Source: an uncultured Armatimonadetes bacterium
GTDB taxonomy: Bacteria > Armatimonadota > Hebobacteria > Hebobacterales > Hebobacteraceae
NCBI GenBank assembly: GCA_963716175.1
Contig: OY970296.1
Span: 2,912,001-2,976,000, forward strand
Length of the DNA stretch: 64,000 bases
Reading direction: 5' to 3'
Part shown: piece by piece, positions 10,240-21,337 of the stretch
Position numbering within the stretch: the stretch's first letter is position 1
Layout: the number at the start of each line of letters is the position of its first letter
Made by a program: the position numbers and the translations under genes
Notes under the pieces: generated by a model
Told to the model about the DNA's origin: nothing
Database searches by the model: none
Seen by the model: the letters and a program-made list of their open reading frames with translations, nothing else

Positions 10240-11996
10240 GGCCGCTTCTCCCGGAACAAGGCGCTGAGCCGGTCTCCGCGGGCGGCCGCGCTCAGGCCAG
10301 GTACCTGCTCGTGGTCGTGCTGTTCGCGGCCGTCGTCGCTTCCCTCAGCTACCTCACTTACAACGAATACTACGGAGGCGCGGACGAAGGCTGCTATACC
10401 ACTATGGGCTACCTGCTATCCCGCGGCAACGGGTTCATGCCTGTGGACCCCGTGGTAGTAGCTGCTGGTGGGTGGGCCAATCGGAACTGGTTCTTGCCGC
10501 ACCCGTATCGCGCGCACGTTGACAAGAGCGGCCGCATTATGGCTCAGTGGGTGAAGGGATATCCCCTGCTCACCGCGCCGCTCTGGCGCGTGTTCGGCTA
10601 CCCTGGCCACAAGCTTTGGAACCCGCTCGCAGCTGGGCTGCTGCTTGTTCTGACCTTCCTGCTGCTGGTCACGATGAGTACACCGGCCGCCGGTGTTGCT
10701 GCTGCTCTGCTGCTAGGCACCTCGTGGATCTTCCTCTGGCACGCGCGCTATCCGATGTCGGAGATGACCAGCGCCCTGCTCTTCATGCTCGCTGCCTTGC
10801 TGATTGCCCGCCACCGGGTGGCGGGTGGTTACTGGCGGCTCTGGATCAGCGGGCTTGTCGTCGGCTACGCCACGTGGGTGCATGCGGCCAATCTGGTTCT
10901 GCTGCCGGCCTTTGCCCTCTGGGTAATCCTTGCGCCTGCTTCGGCCCCAGTCGGTTCGGAGGCGCCGCGCCGGCCTCGTTTGGCCAGAGGAGCTGTGCTT
11001 GTGACTGTTCTCCTACTTCCCCTCTTCCTTACGGGTTCCTACCGCTTGCTCGACCCAGGCTCCTATATGGTGAAGGGGACCGCTCGGGGCGCAAAGCCCG
11101 CTGAGATCGCCGAACACTCCTCAGTTGACTTCTTCAGGTGGGAAGCGAAGCCATTTCTCCGCCAGCATCACGTCCCAGACGCCCTTGGGACGCCTTACTT
11201 TGCCTTGCTCAATGCGAAGTTGCTGCCTTGGGCAACCACCTGGAATCTCCTGGTGCCGATGCCGTTCACTCTGCTCGCCTGCTTGGGATTGCCTCTAGCC
11301 TTGCGTAATCCAAGATGGCGCCCGCTATGGCTCGGCCTCCTGGTCTGTGCTGGGGGCTCTCTGTTCGTCCATGCGGCAAGGGATGTGGGCAATCCTCATG
11401 TGCTCTACACTGCCCGCCGTTTCCTCCCGTCGGTGCTGCCCGTGGCAGCTCTGCTGGCCGGGGTAGCCCTTTCGAGTCCCCTTACCAGTGGCCGCTGGTG
11501 CGGGCGGGCAATCGCCTGGGGGTTCGTGATCGCCCTGGCGGGCGCGCAGTTCAGCACCCACGCCGCCTTCTACCGCATTCGAAAGGGCAACAGCACACGG
11601 CAGGTCGCGGTCGAAATCCGCCGCGCGGTGCAGGCAGAGGGGCCTCTGAGCGATTCTCTGGTCGTCCTCTCAGCGTATGCCGGAGCGCTCGGCTCTGGCC
11701 TGCGCTACATAGAAGGAGTCCCGATAGTCAACGGCGATCGAGCGCGCCCCGCCGATCTGGCCACCATCATCGCGCATGAGCTGCGGGCGGGCAAGCGCGT
11801 CTACCTGCTCGCCAAGGCGGCTCCGCCAGAGGGCGTGGGCGGTCCCGGTGTCCAATGGCGACGAGTGTTCCAGCGAAGGATCGTTGAACACGACCCGAAC
11901 TCACCAGCCTACACCTACCCCAGGCTCGGCGGATGGGCGGATCGGCTCAGCCTGTTCCGCGCCGAGCCCGACCTGGCGCAGAGAAAGGGCCGGTGA
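10236..11996 (+). CDS. Multi-pass membrane GT-C (ArnT/PMT-like) glycosyltransferase
   Basis: GGADEGCY (DE motif after TM1), GYPLL, RYPMSE and RRFLP motifs; many TM helices. Confidence 0.7.
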   Translation: MRPLLPEQGAEPVSAGGRAQARYLLVVVLFAAVVASLSYLTYNEYYGGADEGCYTTMGYLLSRGNGFMPVDPVVVAAGGWANRNWFLPHPYRAHVDKSGRIMAQWVKGYPLLTAPLWRVFGYPGHKLWNPLAAGLLLVLTFLLLVTMSTPAAGVAAALLLGTSWIFLWHARYPMSEMTSALLFMLAALLIARHRVAGGYWRLWISGLVVGYATWVHAANLVLLPAFALWVILAPASAPVGSEAPRRPRLARGAVLVTVLLLPLFLTGSYRLLDPGSYMVKGTARGAKPAEIAEHSSVDFFRWEAKPFLRQHHVPDALGTPYFALLNAKLLPWATTWNLLVPMPFTLLACLGLPLALRNPRWRPLWLGLLVCAGGSLFVHAARDVGNPHVLYTARRFLPSVLPVAALLAGVALSSPLTSGRWCGRAIAWGFVIALAGAQFSTHAAFYRIRKGNSTRQVAVEIRRAVQAEGPLSDSLVVLSAYAGALGSGLRYIEGVPIVNGDRARPADLATIIAHELRAGKRVYLLAKAAPPEGVGGPGVQWRRVFQRRIVEHDPNSPAYTYPRLGGWADRLSLFRAEPDLAQRKGR

Positions 11997-13816
11997 GCAT
12001 TCCAGGCTCAGCAACGCGCGTTCCCCTTTGGCAGCGTGTTGCCATTCCGGCGGCGGTGCTCTTGGTCGTCTTCGTCGTCCACGCGCTGAGTCCTATCAAG
12101 ACCTCCTGGGACTCCAAGTGGTCGATCCCAACCGCGCAGAGCATCATACGGGAGCACAACACGAGGCTGGACGAGTATGCGAAGGAAACAGCAGGCGACT
12201 ACGCTGTGGCGAGAGTGCGCGGGCACATCTACAACGCGTACCCCCTCGGACCTGCGCTGGTGGCTTTGCCGTTCGTCTATACGCTCGACCTGACTCTGCC
12301 ATACCTCATGGCGGCTTCAGCCAGCCTCAGGCACCGCCTCGAGATCACGACTCCTCTGCCCTATACGAGTGTCACGGTTGATGACGTAGTCTTCCGCCAC
12401 CACGCCTACTTCGAAAAGGTCATTGCCTCTTTCGTGATCGCCCTCACCGCGGTTCTCATCTTCCTGGTGGCTCGTCAGTCTTTGAGCGTGCCCCTGTCGC
12501 TGCTGGCCACCGGCATCTTCGCCTTTGGCACTGCCGCCTGGTCGTCGGCCAGCCGCGCCCTCTGGCAGCATGGCCCCTCGATGCTTATGCTCACAACCAC
12601 GCTCTATCTGCTTGTGCTCTCCAAGAGGAAGGAATCGCTGGCCCGGTATGCCAGCTTGCCGTTGGCTTTCTCCTACGTCATCCGCCCGACCAATAGCATC
12701 TCCGTCGCGTTGCTGACAGTCTACGTTTTCCTGGCGCACCGAAAGCAGTTTCCCGCCTATCTGCTCTGGAGCCTGCCGATCGCTGTGCCCTTTCTCGTCT
12801 ACAACTGGGGGGTCTACCACCAGCTCCTCCCACCGTATTACACGCAACGAGGTGGCTTCTCTACTGCTCAATTCTGGGTGGCATTGGCGGGCCAGTTCAT
12901 CAGTCCAGCCCGCGGGCTTTTCATCTACTCCCCAGTGTTGGTGTTCAGTACTGCTGGCGTCGTCTGGAAGATCAAGGACAACCAGATGGAAGCGCTTGAC
13001 TACTTCTTGATCTGCATCACGTCTCTTACCGTGTTGGTTCACTCGTTCTGGAGTGACTGGTGGGGTGGCACGGTCTACGGTCCGCGGCTGCTTTCAGACA
13101 TGATCCCGTTCCTGATCTATCTGCTGCTGCCTGCCTTATCTGCGGTGGCGAAGGCGAGGGGCGGGAAGCGCGTGCTCCTCGTCTCCACGGGGAGCGCGGC
13201 TCTGCTGATCAGCGGGTCCATGCACTACCGGGGGGCGACAAGCTGGAAAGTCTACCAGTGGTGGTCGGATCCATGTACCGTGAGTGGGACCGAACGGCTA
13301 TGGGACTGGCGGGATGCTCCGTTCCTGCGCGGCATTCTCCCAAGCCCTGGTGACCCCGCGCTGCGGCGTGTTGGCGGAGGCTGGGAAGAGCCAGTCATCA
13401 CGCCTCGCTTCGGACGTGAGTGGGGGCTGTCGGAACCTGACGCCGATGCCTCCCATGGCGAGGCCTGGGTAGGGCCAGCAGAGGCAACACAGCGAGGAGT
13501 CTTGGTCTTCGGGCCATACCTGAGCGCCCCGTCGGGAGCATACGAGGCCACTTTCCGTGTGAAGCTGTCACCGAAGGGAGCGGAGACGCCAGTAACGTTT
13601 GACGTGTTCTGCAGCGGCGATCAATGGAACAGCCCATTACCAGGATCTCTGGCAAGCATGACTGTGGACCGTCCCACCTTCGGGTATGAGAATCTGGCGC
13701 TGCAGTTTTCTGTGCCCAGAAGCTTGGCCGGCCACTTCGTGGGCACGCGCGTCACGTCCAATGCGCCTGGGGTGGAGATTCGGTTGGACAAGATAGGGAT
13801 CCACCGCCTCAGCTAG
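11993..13816 (+). CDS. Membrane GT-C-like protein with C-terminal GPY beta-sandwich domain
   Basis: YPLGPAL, SRALWQHG, SPARGLFIYSP and WWGGTVYGPR motifs; C-terminal VFGPY..P.G.Y. GTG start overlaps the upstream TGA. Confidence 0.65.
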   Translation: MSIPGSATRVPLWQRVAIPAAVLLVVFVVHALSPIKTSWDSKWSIPTAQSIIREHNTRLDEYAKETAGDYAVARVRGHIYNAYPLGPALVALPFVYTLDLTLPYLMAASASLRHRLEITTPLPYTSVTVDDVVFRHHAYFEKVIASFVIALTAVLIFLVARQSLSVPLSLLATGIFAFGTAAWSSASRALWQHGPSMLMLTTTLYLLVLSKRKESLARYASLPLAFSYVIRPTNSISVALLTVYVFLAHRKQFPAYLLWSLPIAVPFLVYNWGVYHQLLPPYYTQRGGFSTAQFWVALAGQFISPARGLFIYSPVLVFSTAGVVWKIKDNQMEALDYFLICITSLTVLVHSFWSDWWGGTVYGPRLLSDMIPFLIYLLLPALSAVAKARGGKRVLLVSTGSAALLISGSMHYRGATSWKVYQWWSDPCTVSGTERLWDWRDAPFLRGILPSPGDPALRRVGGGWEEPVITPRFGREWGLSEPDADASHGEAWVGPAEATQRGVLVFGPYLSAPSGAYEATFRVKLSPKGAETPVTFDVFCSGDQWNSPLPGSLASMTVDRPTFGYENLALQFSVPRSLAGHFVGTRVTSNAPGVEIRLDKIGIHRLS

Positions 13817-13848
13817 CAGGCTGCAGCATTGCCGCATGTCCCGTCGGG

Positions 13849-14538
13849 TCAGCGGAAGAGATTGTACCTCAGTATGCACCAGAGCGCGTTCACGCCGTCA
13901 CGCCAACCGATCTTCTTCCCCTCGGCGTAGGTCCGACCGTAGTAGCTGATCGGCACCTCGTAGATCCTGGCCTTGAGCCTAGCCACCTTGGCCGTGATCT
14001 CGGGCTCGAACCCGAAACGGTTCTGCTTGATCTCTATCTGGGACAGGATCTCCCGGCGGAAGACCTTGTAGCAAGTCTCCATGTCCGTCAGGTTAAGATT
14101 GGTCAGCATGTTCGACAGAGTGGTCAGGAAGCGGTTGCCGACGAAGTGCCAGTAGTAGAGCACCCGATGCGGCCCCCCCAGGAAGCGAGAGCCATAGACC
14201 ACGTCGGCAACATCATCGAGGATAGGCTGCAACAGCACCGGGTACTGGGCCGGGTCGTACTCCAGGTCAGCGTCCTGGACGATGACCAAGTCCCCGGAGG
14301 CATGCCCCAAGCCCGTGCGAATGGCTGCCCCCTTGCCCTTGTTCCGGTCATGGAGGATGATCTTTGCTATCCGGCCGCGGAGGTTGTCATAGACGTCGCG
14401 CGTACCATCTGTCGAGCAGTCGTCAACCAGGATGATCTCCTTGTCCAAGCCGGCGGCGTCGGCCTCACACACCCGTTCAACGAGCTCCTCGACGGTAGCG
14501 CGCTCATTGTAGACGGGGATGACGATCGAGAGCCTCAA
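13849..14538 (-). CDS. GT2 polyprenyl-phosphate glycosyltransferase (DPM-synthase-like)
   Basis: [37 protein letters not shown] and GKKIGWRDG motifs. Confidence 0.92.
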   Translation of the reverse strand: MRLSIVIPVYNERATVEELVERVCEADAAGLDKEIILVDDCSTDGTRDVYDNLRGRIAKIILHDRNKGKGAAIRTGLGHASGDLVIVQDADLEYDPAQYPVLLQPILDDVADVVYGSRFLGGPHRVLYYWHFVGNRFLTTLSNMLTNLNLTDMETCYKVFRREILSQIEIKQNRFGFEPEITAKVARLKARIYEVPISYYGRTYAEGKKIGWRDGVNALWCILRYNLFR

Positions 14539-15254
14539 GGCCGGGTTCCTTCCCGTTTGGCTAGCACAAGCAGCAGAGAAAGGCCGACCGGAGGGCCGGT
14601 GATGTCCTCGATCAGCCGGAAGACATCGGCGAGACGGTCATACAGGCGTAGTTGCCCGGTGGGGAGTATGCTGCGCCCCAGCACCCGCCCATTCAGGAAC
14701 CACCCCAGGATGCCGAACAGGTTCACGTAGCGAGCCACCACGGCCGTGAAGCCCAGTTGCGACGTTGCTGTGACCAGCGCGGCACGGCTGTAGCGCCGCC
14801 AATGGCCGAGGTGCTCATCCAAGGACCCGTATAAGGACGGCAGGGCCGGAACATAGAGAACAAGCCGGCCTCCGGGGCTAAGCACGCTGTGGATATTGCG
14901 CAGGGCCGCTGCATCATCGGCCACATGTTCCAGGACGTTCACGCACACCGCGCTGTCCCACTTGCCCTCCTCCCCGACGGTCCAGGAGACGTCCGCGGCA
15001 TCGCCCTCCACAGCGCGGATGCGAGCGTCCCTGTACTCCCGCATGGCGGCTATGTGGCCCCGATCGCAATCGAGGCAGAGCATGGCCACGCGCTCGGGGA
15101 GCAGCAAGCGAGTCAGGGTCCCGGACCCGCACCCCACCTCCACTGTGAGCGGGCCCAGGAACGGCCGCACCAGATCAGCCAGCCAGCAGTTGAAGCGGCG
15201 CATCGCCGCAATGCGCCGCAGGGTCTCCTTGCCTACCTCCTCGACGGTCTGCAC
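14535..15254 (-). CDS. Class I SAM-dependent methyltransferase
   Basis: [14 protein letters not shown] and [15 protein letters not shown] motifs. Confidence 0.88.
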   Translation of the reverse strand: MQTVEEVGKETLRRIAAMRRFNCWLADLVRPFLGPLTVEVGCGSGTLTRLLLPERVAMLCLDCDRGHIAAMREYRDARIRAVEGDAADVSWTVGEEGKWDSAVCVNVLEHVADDAAALRNIHSVLSPGGRLVLYVPALPSLYGSLDEHLGHWRRYSRAALVTATSQLGFTAVVARYVNLFGILGWFLNGRVLGRSILPTGQLRLYDRLADVFRLIEDITGPPVGLSLLLVLAKREGTRP

Positions 15255-15359
15255 CTAGTCACCCCGGGCAGAGCCACCCATCTCGTCCCCTCGCACCGAC
15301 CGCGCACAGCTGGGTCGTGCTCTGCTGCCCTGACGGCCGGTCATGTGGTTTCATCACCC

Positions 15360-15450
15360 TCCGCCTGACCTCCTGCCGCTGCACCCGCCTCAGGATCTCG
15401 CGGATTGGCTTCTCTTCGTTGTAGACCGGCATGACAACGGTGAGCTTCGT
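15360..15450 (-). pseudogene. N-terminal remnant of a GT2 glycosyltransferase
   Basis: VTKLTVVMPVYNEEKPIREILRRV, after which homology is lost. Boundaries approximate. Confidence 0.6.
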
Positions 15451-15722
15451 CACTTCCAACTCCCTCGCCCGACGCCCTGGGATGCACCCACAGCGCCGTG
15501 CGGCGGACTTGGCTGGACTCACCCTTCACCGTCCGCCAGAGGTCGGGCTCCTTGCTCCGCCACTTCAACGCCAGGGGATCGCATCCCTGCTGTCCCGCTG
15601 CCGGCATCTGGAACCAGCCGGGCTCGGCAGGGTATCGAGCGGTTTGGGCGAAACACATAATAACACGGCCGGGGTTCGGACTAGCCCGGCCAGGATCGTG
15701 ACAAACGGTGGCGTTGCGCGAC

Positions 15723-16325
15723 ATGAACGGGAAGCGTGTGTGGCTGTTGGCGGGCGGTCTGGCAGCGGCGATCGCGCTATCTACCGCGGTCGGCTGCGGC
15801 CGCGAGCCGCCTATCGCAGAGAGGTCGGGCACGGGCGGCCGGCCGATATCGCCTGTGGATCCTTACACCCGCGGCCAGGGTCACTGGGTCTTCGAGTCCG
15901 AGGGCGGCGAGATGGGCCACGGGTGGGGGGAGCGCGTCCTGGATCCCGGGGCCAGCGGAGCCGCGGCCTGGGGTACGCCCACTGGTCCACACGCCAGAGT
16001 TGGTACGTTCGTCTTCGGACCCTACTACAGGCGCCTCCCCGCGGGCAAGTACCGGGTAGACTTCCACCTCAGAATCGAGCAGGCAGAAGCCATGCCGGCA
16101 GCGCTGTTGGATGTCTATGTTGACAAGGACATCGTGGGGAAGACCGTGGCGCGCACGCTGGCCAAGCGCAGCATCGGCGAGAACACGGGCGCGAACTACC
16201 GCGCCTTTCCCGTGGACTTCGAGCTTCCCAGAGACCTTGTGGGCGCCGGGGTGGAGTTCCGGGTGCGAGTGACAGACCCCGCGGCCCAGGTCCGGGCCGA
16301 CCGTGCCGAAGTGTGGACGCGATAG
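15723..16325 (+). CDS. Predicted lipoprotein with a GPY beta-sandwich domain
   Basis: MNGKRVWLLAGGLAAAIALSTAVG-C lipobox-like signal; FVFGPYYRRLPAGKY...VEFRV. Confidence 0.65.
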   Translation: MNGKRVWLLAGGLAAAIALSTAVGCGREPPIAERSGTGGRPISPVDPYTRGQGHWVFESEGGEMGHGWGERVLDPGASGAAAWGTPTGPHARVGTFVFGPYYRRLPAGKYRVDFHLRIEQAEAMPAALLDVYVDKDIVGKTVARTLAKRSIGENTGANYRAFPVDFELPRDLVGAGVEFRVRVTDPAAQVRADRAEVWTR

Positions 16326-16389
16326 CCACTCGGCATCTTCAGGTATCTCCGGAGTGTTGGGGGCAAGCCCCATTGTCAGAGATGCCTCA

Positions 16390-18168
16390 ATGAAGCTATG
16401 GAGTTGCGAAAACACTCGGGGGGCGGTGTTGCTCTATGCCTTGAGCTTGGCGGCCTCCCTGCTGCTGCTGGCATGGGTGCTGCGGCTCTGGGAGGCGGAC
16501 CTTCACGTCCCGTTTGCTTATAGCGGCGATGCTCTCTTCACCAGCTCTTCCATCAAAGGCATGGTCGAGAACGGCTGGTATCTGTCCAACCCGAACATAG
16601 GCCTTCCCGACGGCAGCACCCTCTACGACTATCCTGGCTCCGACCTTCTGCATTGGAGCATCATCAAGGCCGTCTCGGTCTTCGCACGGCATTACGCCGT
16701 CACCCTCAACCTGTTCTTCCTGCTGACCTTCCCGCTGACCACGCTGTCGGCGCTCTTCGTGACGCGCCAGCTCGGCCTCTCGCCTCTCGCTGCATTCTCT
16801 GTGGGGCTGCTCTTCACGTTTCTCCCCTATCACTTCTTGCGCGGCGAGCCCCACCTTTTCCTCTCAGGCTACTACATGATCCCATGGAGCGTCCTGATTG
16901 TGTTGTGGGTGGCCCGGGGCGAACCTCTCCTGCTGGGGGCCCAGGGACGGTTTTGCCTCCGGAAGAGAGGTCTGGCAGCAGCCGCGATCTGTGCTCTGGC
17001 GGCGGCCTCTGGCATCTACTACGCGGTCTTCGCTTGCTTCTTCCTGGGCGTCGCGGGCATAGCTGCCGCGTTGCGGGCTCGGAAGGCGCGCAACCTTGTG
17101 GACTCGCTCTCCCTTGTCCTGGTCATATTCGCTACGGTCATCCTGACTATGACGCCCACCCTATGGTTCCAGTTCAAGCACGGCAGGAATCCCGCGGCGG
17201 TGGTCCGCAATCCGGCCGCCGGTGAAGCGTACGCGCTGAAGGTAGCTCAGTTGCTGATCCCGGTGGACGGCCACCGCATCGGCTGGGTCGCGGCCAAGAA
17301 AGCGGCCTACAACCGCGTGATGCCACTGGTCAATGAAAACCGCACCGCGACCCTGGGCCTCGTTGGCAGCATCGGCTTCGTGTTACTCATTGGGCGCATT
17401 CTCTTCATCCGCCGGACTGAATCCATGGTTGACCACCTCGCCGTTCTCAACCTCTCCGCAGTTCTCTTTGCGGGTATCGGCGGGATTGGGCCGCTCCTGA
17501 CCGCCGCCTTCGTGCGGCCGGTGCGGTGCTACAATCGCATCAGCGTCTTCATCGCCTTCTTCTGTCTGGTCGCTGTGGGCCTGTGGTTCGATGAACTGCG
17601 AAAGCGCGGGAGTGGCAGGAAGCTAGCCGGCGCCCTGCTCACGGTGGGAGGGGGCGCGGCCCTGATCCTGGGGCTGCTTGATCAAACTTCCCCGGCATTT
17701 GTTCCGCCCTATTCAGCTCTCAAGTCCGCGGTCGCGCATGACCGTGCCTTCTTCCAGCGGATCGAATCATCTTTGCCTGACCGCGCCGCCGTCTTCCAGT
17801 TGCCCTACATTGCCTTTCCCGAGTATAGGCGTCTCCACAAGATGATCGACTACGACCACTTCCGCGCCTATCTCAACTCCCACCGCTTGCGGTGGAGCTA
17901 TGGCGCCATGAAGGGGCGGCCCGGGGACCTGTGGCAGCGGACTGTGGTCGCCTTGCCTCCCGCGGAGATGCTCAGATACCTGGCTCTCTCCGGCTTCGAT
18001 GGGGTCTACATCAACCGTGCCGCCTATCGGCATGGCAGTACTCAGATCGAGCGTGAGATCAGCAGGACGCTGGCCGTTGCTCCCTTGGTCAGCGACAACA
18101 GGCAGATGGCGTTCTACTCCATGGTGGCATATAAGCGGAAGCTGGCGGCCGTGGGCGGCGGGGCTTGA
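16390..18168 (+). CDS. Multi-pass membrane protein, YfhO/GT-C-like glycan-modifying family
   Basis: YSGDA, LYDYP, LPYHFLRGEPHLFL, LLDQT, QLPYIAFPE and WSYGAMKGR motifs; many TM helices. Confidence 0.65.
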   Translation: MKLWSCENTRGAVLLYALSLAASLLLLAWVLRLWEADLHVPFAYSGDALFTSSSIKGMVENGWYLSNPNIGLPDGSTLYDYPGSDLLHWSIIKAVSVFARHYAVTLNLFFLLTFPLTTLSALFVTRQLGLSPLAAFSVGLLFTFLPYHFLRGEPHLFLSGYYMIPWSVLIVLWVARGEPLLLGAQGRFCLRKRGLAAAAICALAAASGIYYAVFACFFLGVAGIAAALRARKARNLVDSLSLVLVIFATVILTMTPTLWFQFKHGRNPAAVVRNPAAGEAYALKVAQLLIPVDGHRIGWVAAKKAAYNRVMPLVNENRTATLGLVGSIGFVLLIGRILFIRRTESMVDHLAVLNLSAVLFAGIGGIGPLLTAAFVRPVRCYNRISVFIAFFCLVAVGLWFDELRKRGSGRKLAGALLTVGGGAALILGLLDQTSPAFVPPYSALKSAVAHDRAFFQRIESSLPDRAAVFQLPYIAFPEYRRLHKMIDYDHFRAYLNSHRLRWSYGAMKGRPGDLWQRTVVALPPAEMLRYLALSGFDGVYINRAAYRHGSTQIEREISRTLAVAPLVSDNRQMAFYSMVAYKRKLAAVGGGA

Positions 18169-18247
18169 CGGACTGCGGCCATCCCCCAGGAGCCGATGGC
18201 TCGCCGATGGTATGCAGGTACCGCGCTGCGCGGCAAGGAGGTCAGCG

Positions 18248-19036
18248 ATGAAGGCCTGTATCCTGGCCGGAGGCATGGGCACAAGACTGGCGGAGGAAAC
18301 TGTGGTGAAGCCCAAGCCCATGGTCGAGATCGGCGGCAAGCCCATGCTGTGGCACATCATGAATATCTACGCCTCCTACGGCTACACCGAGTTTGTGGTG
18401 GCTGTGGGGTACAGAGGGGACGTGATCAAGGGCTACTTCCTCGACTTCTATTCGCTCAACGGTGATCTCACCGTCAACCTCCGCACCGGTGAGACCGCAG
18501 TCCACCACAGCAAGCATCCGGACTGGACGGTGCATCTCGTGGACACTGGCATCAACACTCAGACGGGAGGCCGGATCAAGCGCCTGGAACCGTGGGTCGG
18601 CGGCGAGACTTTCATGGTGACTTACGGTGACGGCGTGGCGGACATAGACATCAACCAGTTGGTGGCCTTCCACCGCTCACATGGCCGCCTGGCCACCGTC
18701 ACCGCGGTGCGACCTCCCTCCCGTTTCGGCGGACTTGCTTTTGATGGCGACCAGGTGGTGTACTTTGCGGAGAAGCCGCAGACCGGCGAAGGCTGGATCA
18801 ACGGCGGGTTCTTCGTGCTGGAGCCGGGCGTGTTCAGCTACATCAGCGGAGACGCCATGCCGTGGGAGGCGGAACCCATGGAGCGGCTGGCGGCCGAAGG
18901 AGAGCTCATGTCCTACCGGCACGAGGGGTTCTGGCAGCCCATGGATACCCTGCGCGAGAAGCACATGTTGGAGTCCCTCTGGGCCTCCGGGAGAGCGCCC
19001 TGGAAGGTGTGGAAGGATGAGCCAGTTCTGGACTGA
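18248..19036 (+). CDS. rfbF: Glucose-1-phosphate cytidylyltransferase
   Basis: [42 protein letters not shown] and FWQPMDTLR motifs. Confidence 0.95.
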   Translation: MKACILAGGMGTRLAEETVVKPKPMVEIGGKPMLWHIMNIYASYGYTEFVVAVGYRGDVIKGYFLDFYSLNGDLTVNLRTGETAVHHSKHPDWTVHLVDTGINTQTGGRIKRLEPWVGGETFMVTYGDGVADIDINQLVAFHRSHGRLATVTAVRPPSRFGGLAFDGDQVVYFAEKPQTGEGWINGGFFVLEPGVFSYISGDAMPWEAEPMERLAAEGELMSYRHEGFWQPMDTLREKHMLESLWASGRAPWKVWKDEPVLD

Positions 19037-20018
19037 CAGGCGCACCTTTGTCACCGGGGCCACCGGCCTGGTCGGCTCCTGGCTGGTGAGGGCCCTGGTG
19101 GAGCGGCGGGCCTATGTGGTGGCCCTGGTGCGGGACTGGGACCCGCAGAGCGAGCTCGTCCGAAGCGGCATCATCCATCGGGTGACCGTGGTCAACGGCG
19201 TGTTGGAGGACTACGCTGCTCTGGAGCGGGCGATCAACGAGCACGAGATCGAGATTGCGTTTCACCTGGGGGCGCAGACGATTGTGGGTACCGCCCTGCG
19301 CAGCCCGTTCCCCACCTTCGAGGCCAATATCCGGGGCACGTACAACCTGCTGGAGGCCTGCCGCGTTCACCAAGATCTGGTGAAGCGCATCGTGGTTGCT
19401 TCGAGCGATAAGGCCTACGGGGACACTGAGATCCTGCCCTACACGGAGGAAATGCCTCCCCTCGGTCGCCACCCCTACGATGTGTCCAAATCCTGCGCCG
19501 ACCTGCTCGCCCGGGCCTATCACCAGACCTACCGCCTGCCGGTTGCGATCACCCGGTGCGGCAATATCTACGGCGGCGGCGACCTCAACTGGAGCCGGAT
19601 TGTTCCTGGCACCATTCGCAGCCTCTACCAGGGAGAGCGCCCCATCATCCGCAGCGATGGCAAGTTCGTGCGCGATTACCTCTATGTGCAGGACGCCGTG
19701 CAGGCCTATCTGTGCACCGCCGAAGCGCTCGAGAGACCGGCAATGCCGGGTGAGGCTTTCAACTTCGCCCCCGACCAGCCCCGCGCCGTGCTGGAGGTGG
19801 TGGAAACACTCTGCCGGCTGATGGGTCGAGAGGACCTGCCACCAGTGATCCTCAACCAGGTCAAGGCCGAGATTCGCGACCAGTATCTGTCCTCGGAGAA
19901 GGCAAAGCGGCTGCTGGACTGGACCGCCGCCTACAGCTTCGAGCAGGGCCTTGCTGAGACCGTCGAGTGGTACACTGACTTCTTCCGTCAGACTGCTGCC
20001 CCACCAGGACGGGCATGA
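19017..20018 (+). CDS. rfbG: CDP-glucose 4,6-dehydratase (extended SDR)
   Basis: [25 protein letters not shown] and GNIYGGGD motifs; lies between rfbF and rfbH. Confidence 0.85.
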   Translation: MSQFWTDRRTFVTGATGLVGSWLVRALVERRAYVVALVRDWDPQSELVRSGIIHRVTVVNGVLEDYAALERAINEHEIEIAFHLGAQTIVGTALRSPFPTFEANIRGTYNLLEACRVHQDLVKRIVVASSDKAYGDTEILPYTEEMPPLGRHPYDVSKSCADLLARAYHQTYRLPVAITRCGNIYGGGDLNWSRIVPGTIRSLYQGERPIIRSDGKFVRDYLYVQDAVQAYLCTAEALERPAMPGEAFNFAPDQPRAVLEVVETLCRLMGREDLPPVILNQVKAEIRDQYLSSEKAKRLLDWTAAYSFEQGLAETVEWYTDFFRQTAAPPGRA

Positions 20019-21337
20019 GAACCGCTGAAGAGCTGCGCAACCTGATTCTTGAGTTGACCCGCGAGTACTATCAGGCTCAATGGCCGGAGCGGCCGTTCCG
20101 GCCGGGCGAGACGCCAGTGCCTGTGAGCGGCCGCGTGTTCGACCAGGAGGATGTCGCCACCTTGGTTGACGCCTCCCTCGATTTCTGGCTGACCACGGGG
20201 CGCTACGCGGCTGACTTCGAGGCCACGTTCGCGCAGGTGGTTGGCACGCGCTTCGCCGTTCTGACGAACTCCGGCTCCAGCGCCAACCTGCTGGCTCTCT
20301 CCTGCCTGACCTCTTCGGCGCTGGGCGAGCGTAGGCTGAGCTCGGGCGACGAGGTGATCACAGTAGCGGCCGGTTTCCCGACGACGGTGAACCCCATCGT
20401 CCAGAATGGGCTGGTGCCGGTGTTCGTGGACATCACAGTGCCGACTTATAACGTAGACATTTCCCAACTGGAAGCCGCGCTTAGCGACCGCACGCGGGCG
20501 ATTGTTCTCGCCCACATGCTTGGGAACCCCTTCGAGGCCGGTACCGTCAAGGCCTTCGCGCAGGCTCACGGGCTGTGGTTCGTCGAGGACTGCTGTGACG
20601 CGCTGGGGGCCAGCTACCAGGGCCGGCAGGTGGGGACTTTCGGGGACCTGGCCACCTTCAGCTTCTACCCGGCACACCATATCACCATGGGCGAAGGGGG
20701 TGCGGTGGTCACAGACTCACCCCGGCTCAAGAAGCTGGTCGAGTCCTTCCGGGACTGGGGCCGGGACTGCTGGTGTGCGCCGGGCAAAGACAACACCTGC
20801 GGTCGGCGCTTCGATTGGCAGCTCGGCGAGCTGCCATATGGCTATGATCACAAGTATACGTACTCGGAGATCGGTTACAACCTCAAGGCCACCGACATGC
20901 AGGCCGCGGTCGGCGTGTCACAGTTGAGCAAGCTGCCGCAGTTCATCGCCGCGCGGAGGCGCAACTTCCGGTTGCTGACCGAGCACTTGCATGATCTCCA
21001 GGACTTCTTCATCTTGCCAGAGGCGACCCCTGATTCCGAGCCAAGTTGGTTCGGCTATCCCATCTGTGTGCGCCCCACCGGTGCACTCACCCGCGACCAA
21101 GTTGTGCGGCGCCTGGATGCCGCCAGGGTCGGCACGCGGCTGCTGTTTGGGGGCAATCTGGTGCGCCAACCAGCCTACCAGGGTGTGTCCCACCGCAGCA
21201 TCGGTGAGCTGCCGAACTCCGATTTCGTGATGAGGCATCTGTTCTGGATCGGCGTCTATCCTGGCCTGCGCGAAGAGATGCTGCACTATGTAGCCGAGGT
21301 GCTGCACACTTGCTGCGCGGAGGCCGGTCATCAGTAA
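20015..21337 (+). CDS. rfbH: CDP-4-keto-6-deoxy-D-glucose 3-dehydratase (E1/DdhC)
   Basis: [30 protein letters not shown] (His in place of the PLP Lys), RDCWC...DNTC Fe-S cysteines, GYDHKY. Confidence 0.95.
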   Translation: MRTAEELRNLILELTREYYQAQWPERPFRPGETPVPVSGRVFDQEDVATLVDASLDFWLTTGRYAADFEATFAQVVGTRFAVLTNSGSSANLLALSCLTSSALGERRLSSGDEVITVAAGFPTTVNPIVQNGLVPVFVDITVPTYNVDISQLEAALSDRTRAIVLAHMLGNPFEAGTVKAFAQAHGLWFVEDCCDALGASYQGRQVGTFGDLATFSFYPAHHITMGEGGAVVTDSPRLKKLVESFRDWGRDCWCAPGKDNTCGRRFDWQLGELPYGYDHKYTYSEIGYNLKATDMQAAVGVSQLSKLPQFIAARRRNFRLLTEHLHDLQDFFILPEATPDSEPSWFGYPICVRPTGALTRDQVVRRLDAARVGTRLLFGGNLVRQPAYQGVSHRSIGELPNSDFVMRHLFWIGVYPGLREEMLHYVAEVLHTCCAEAGHQ

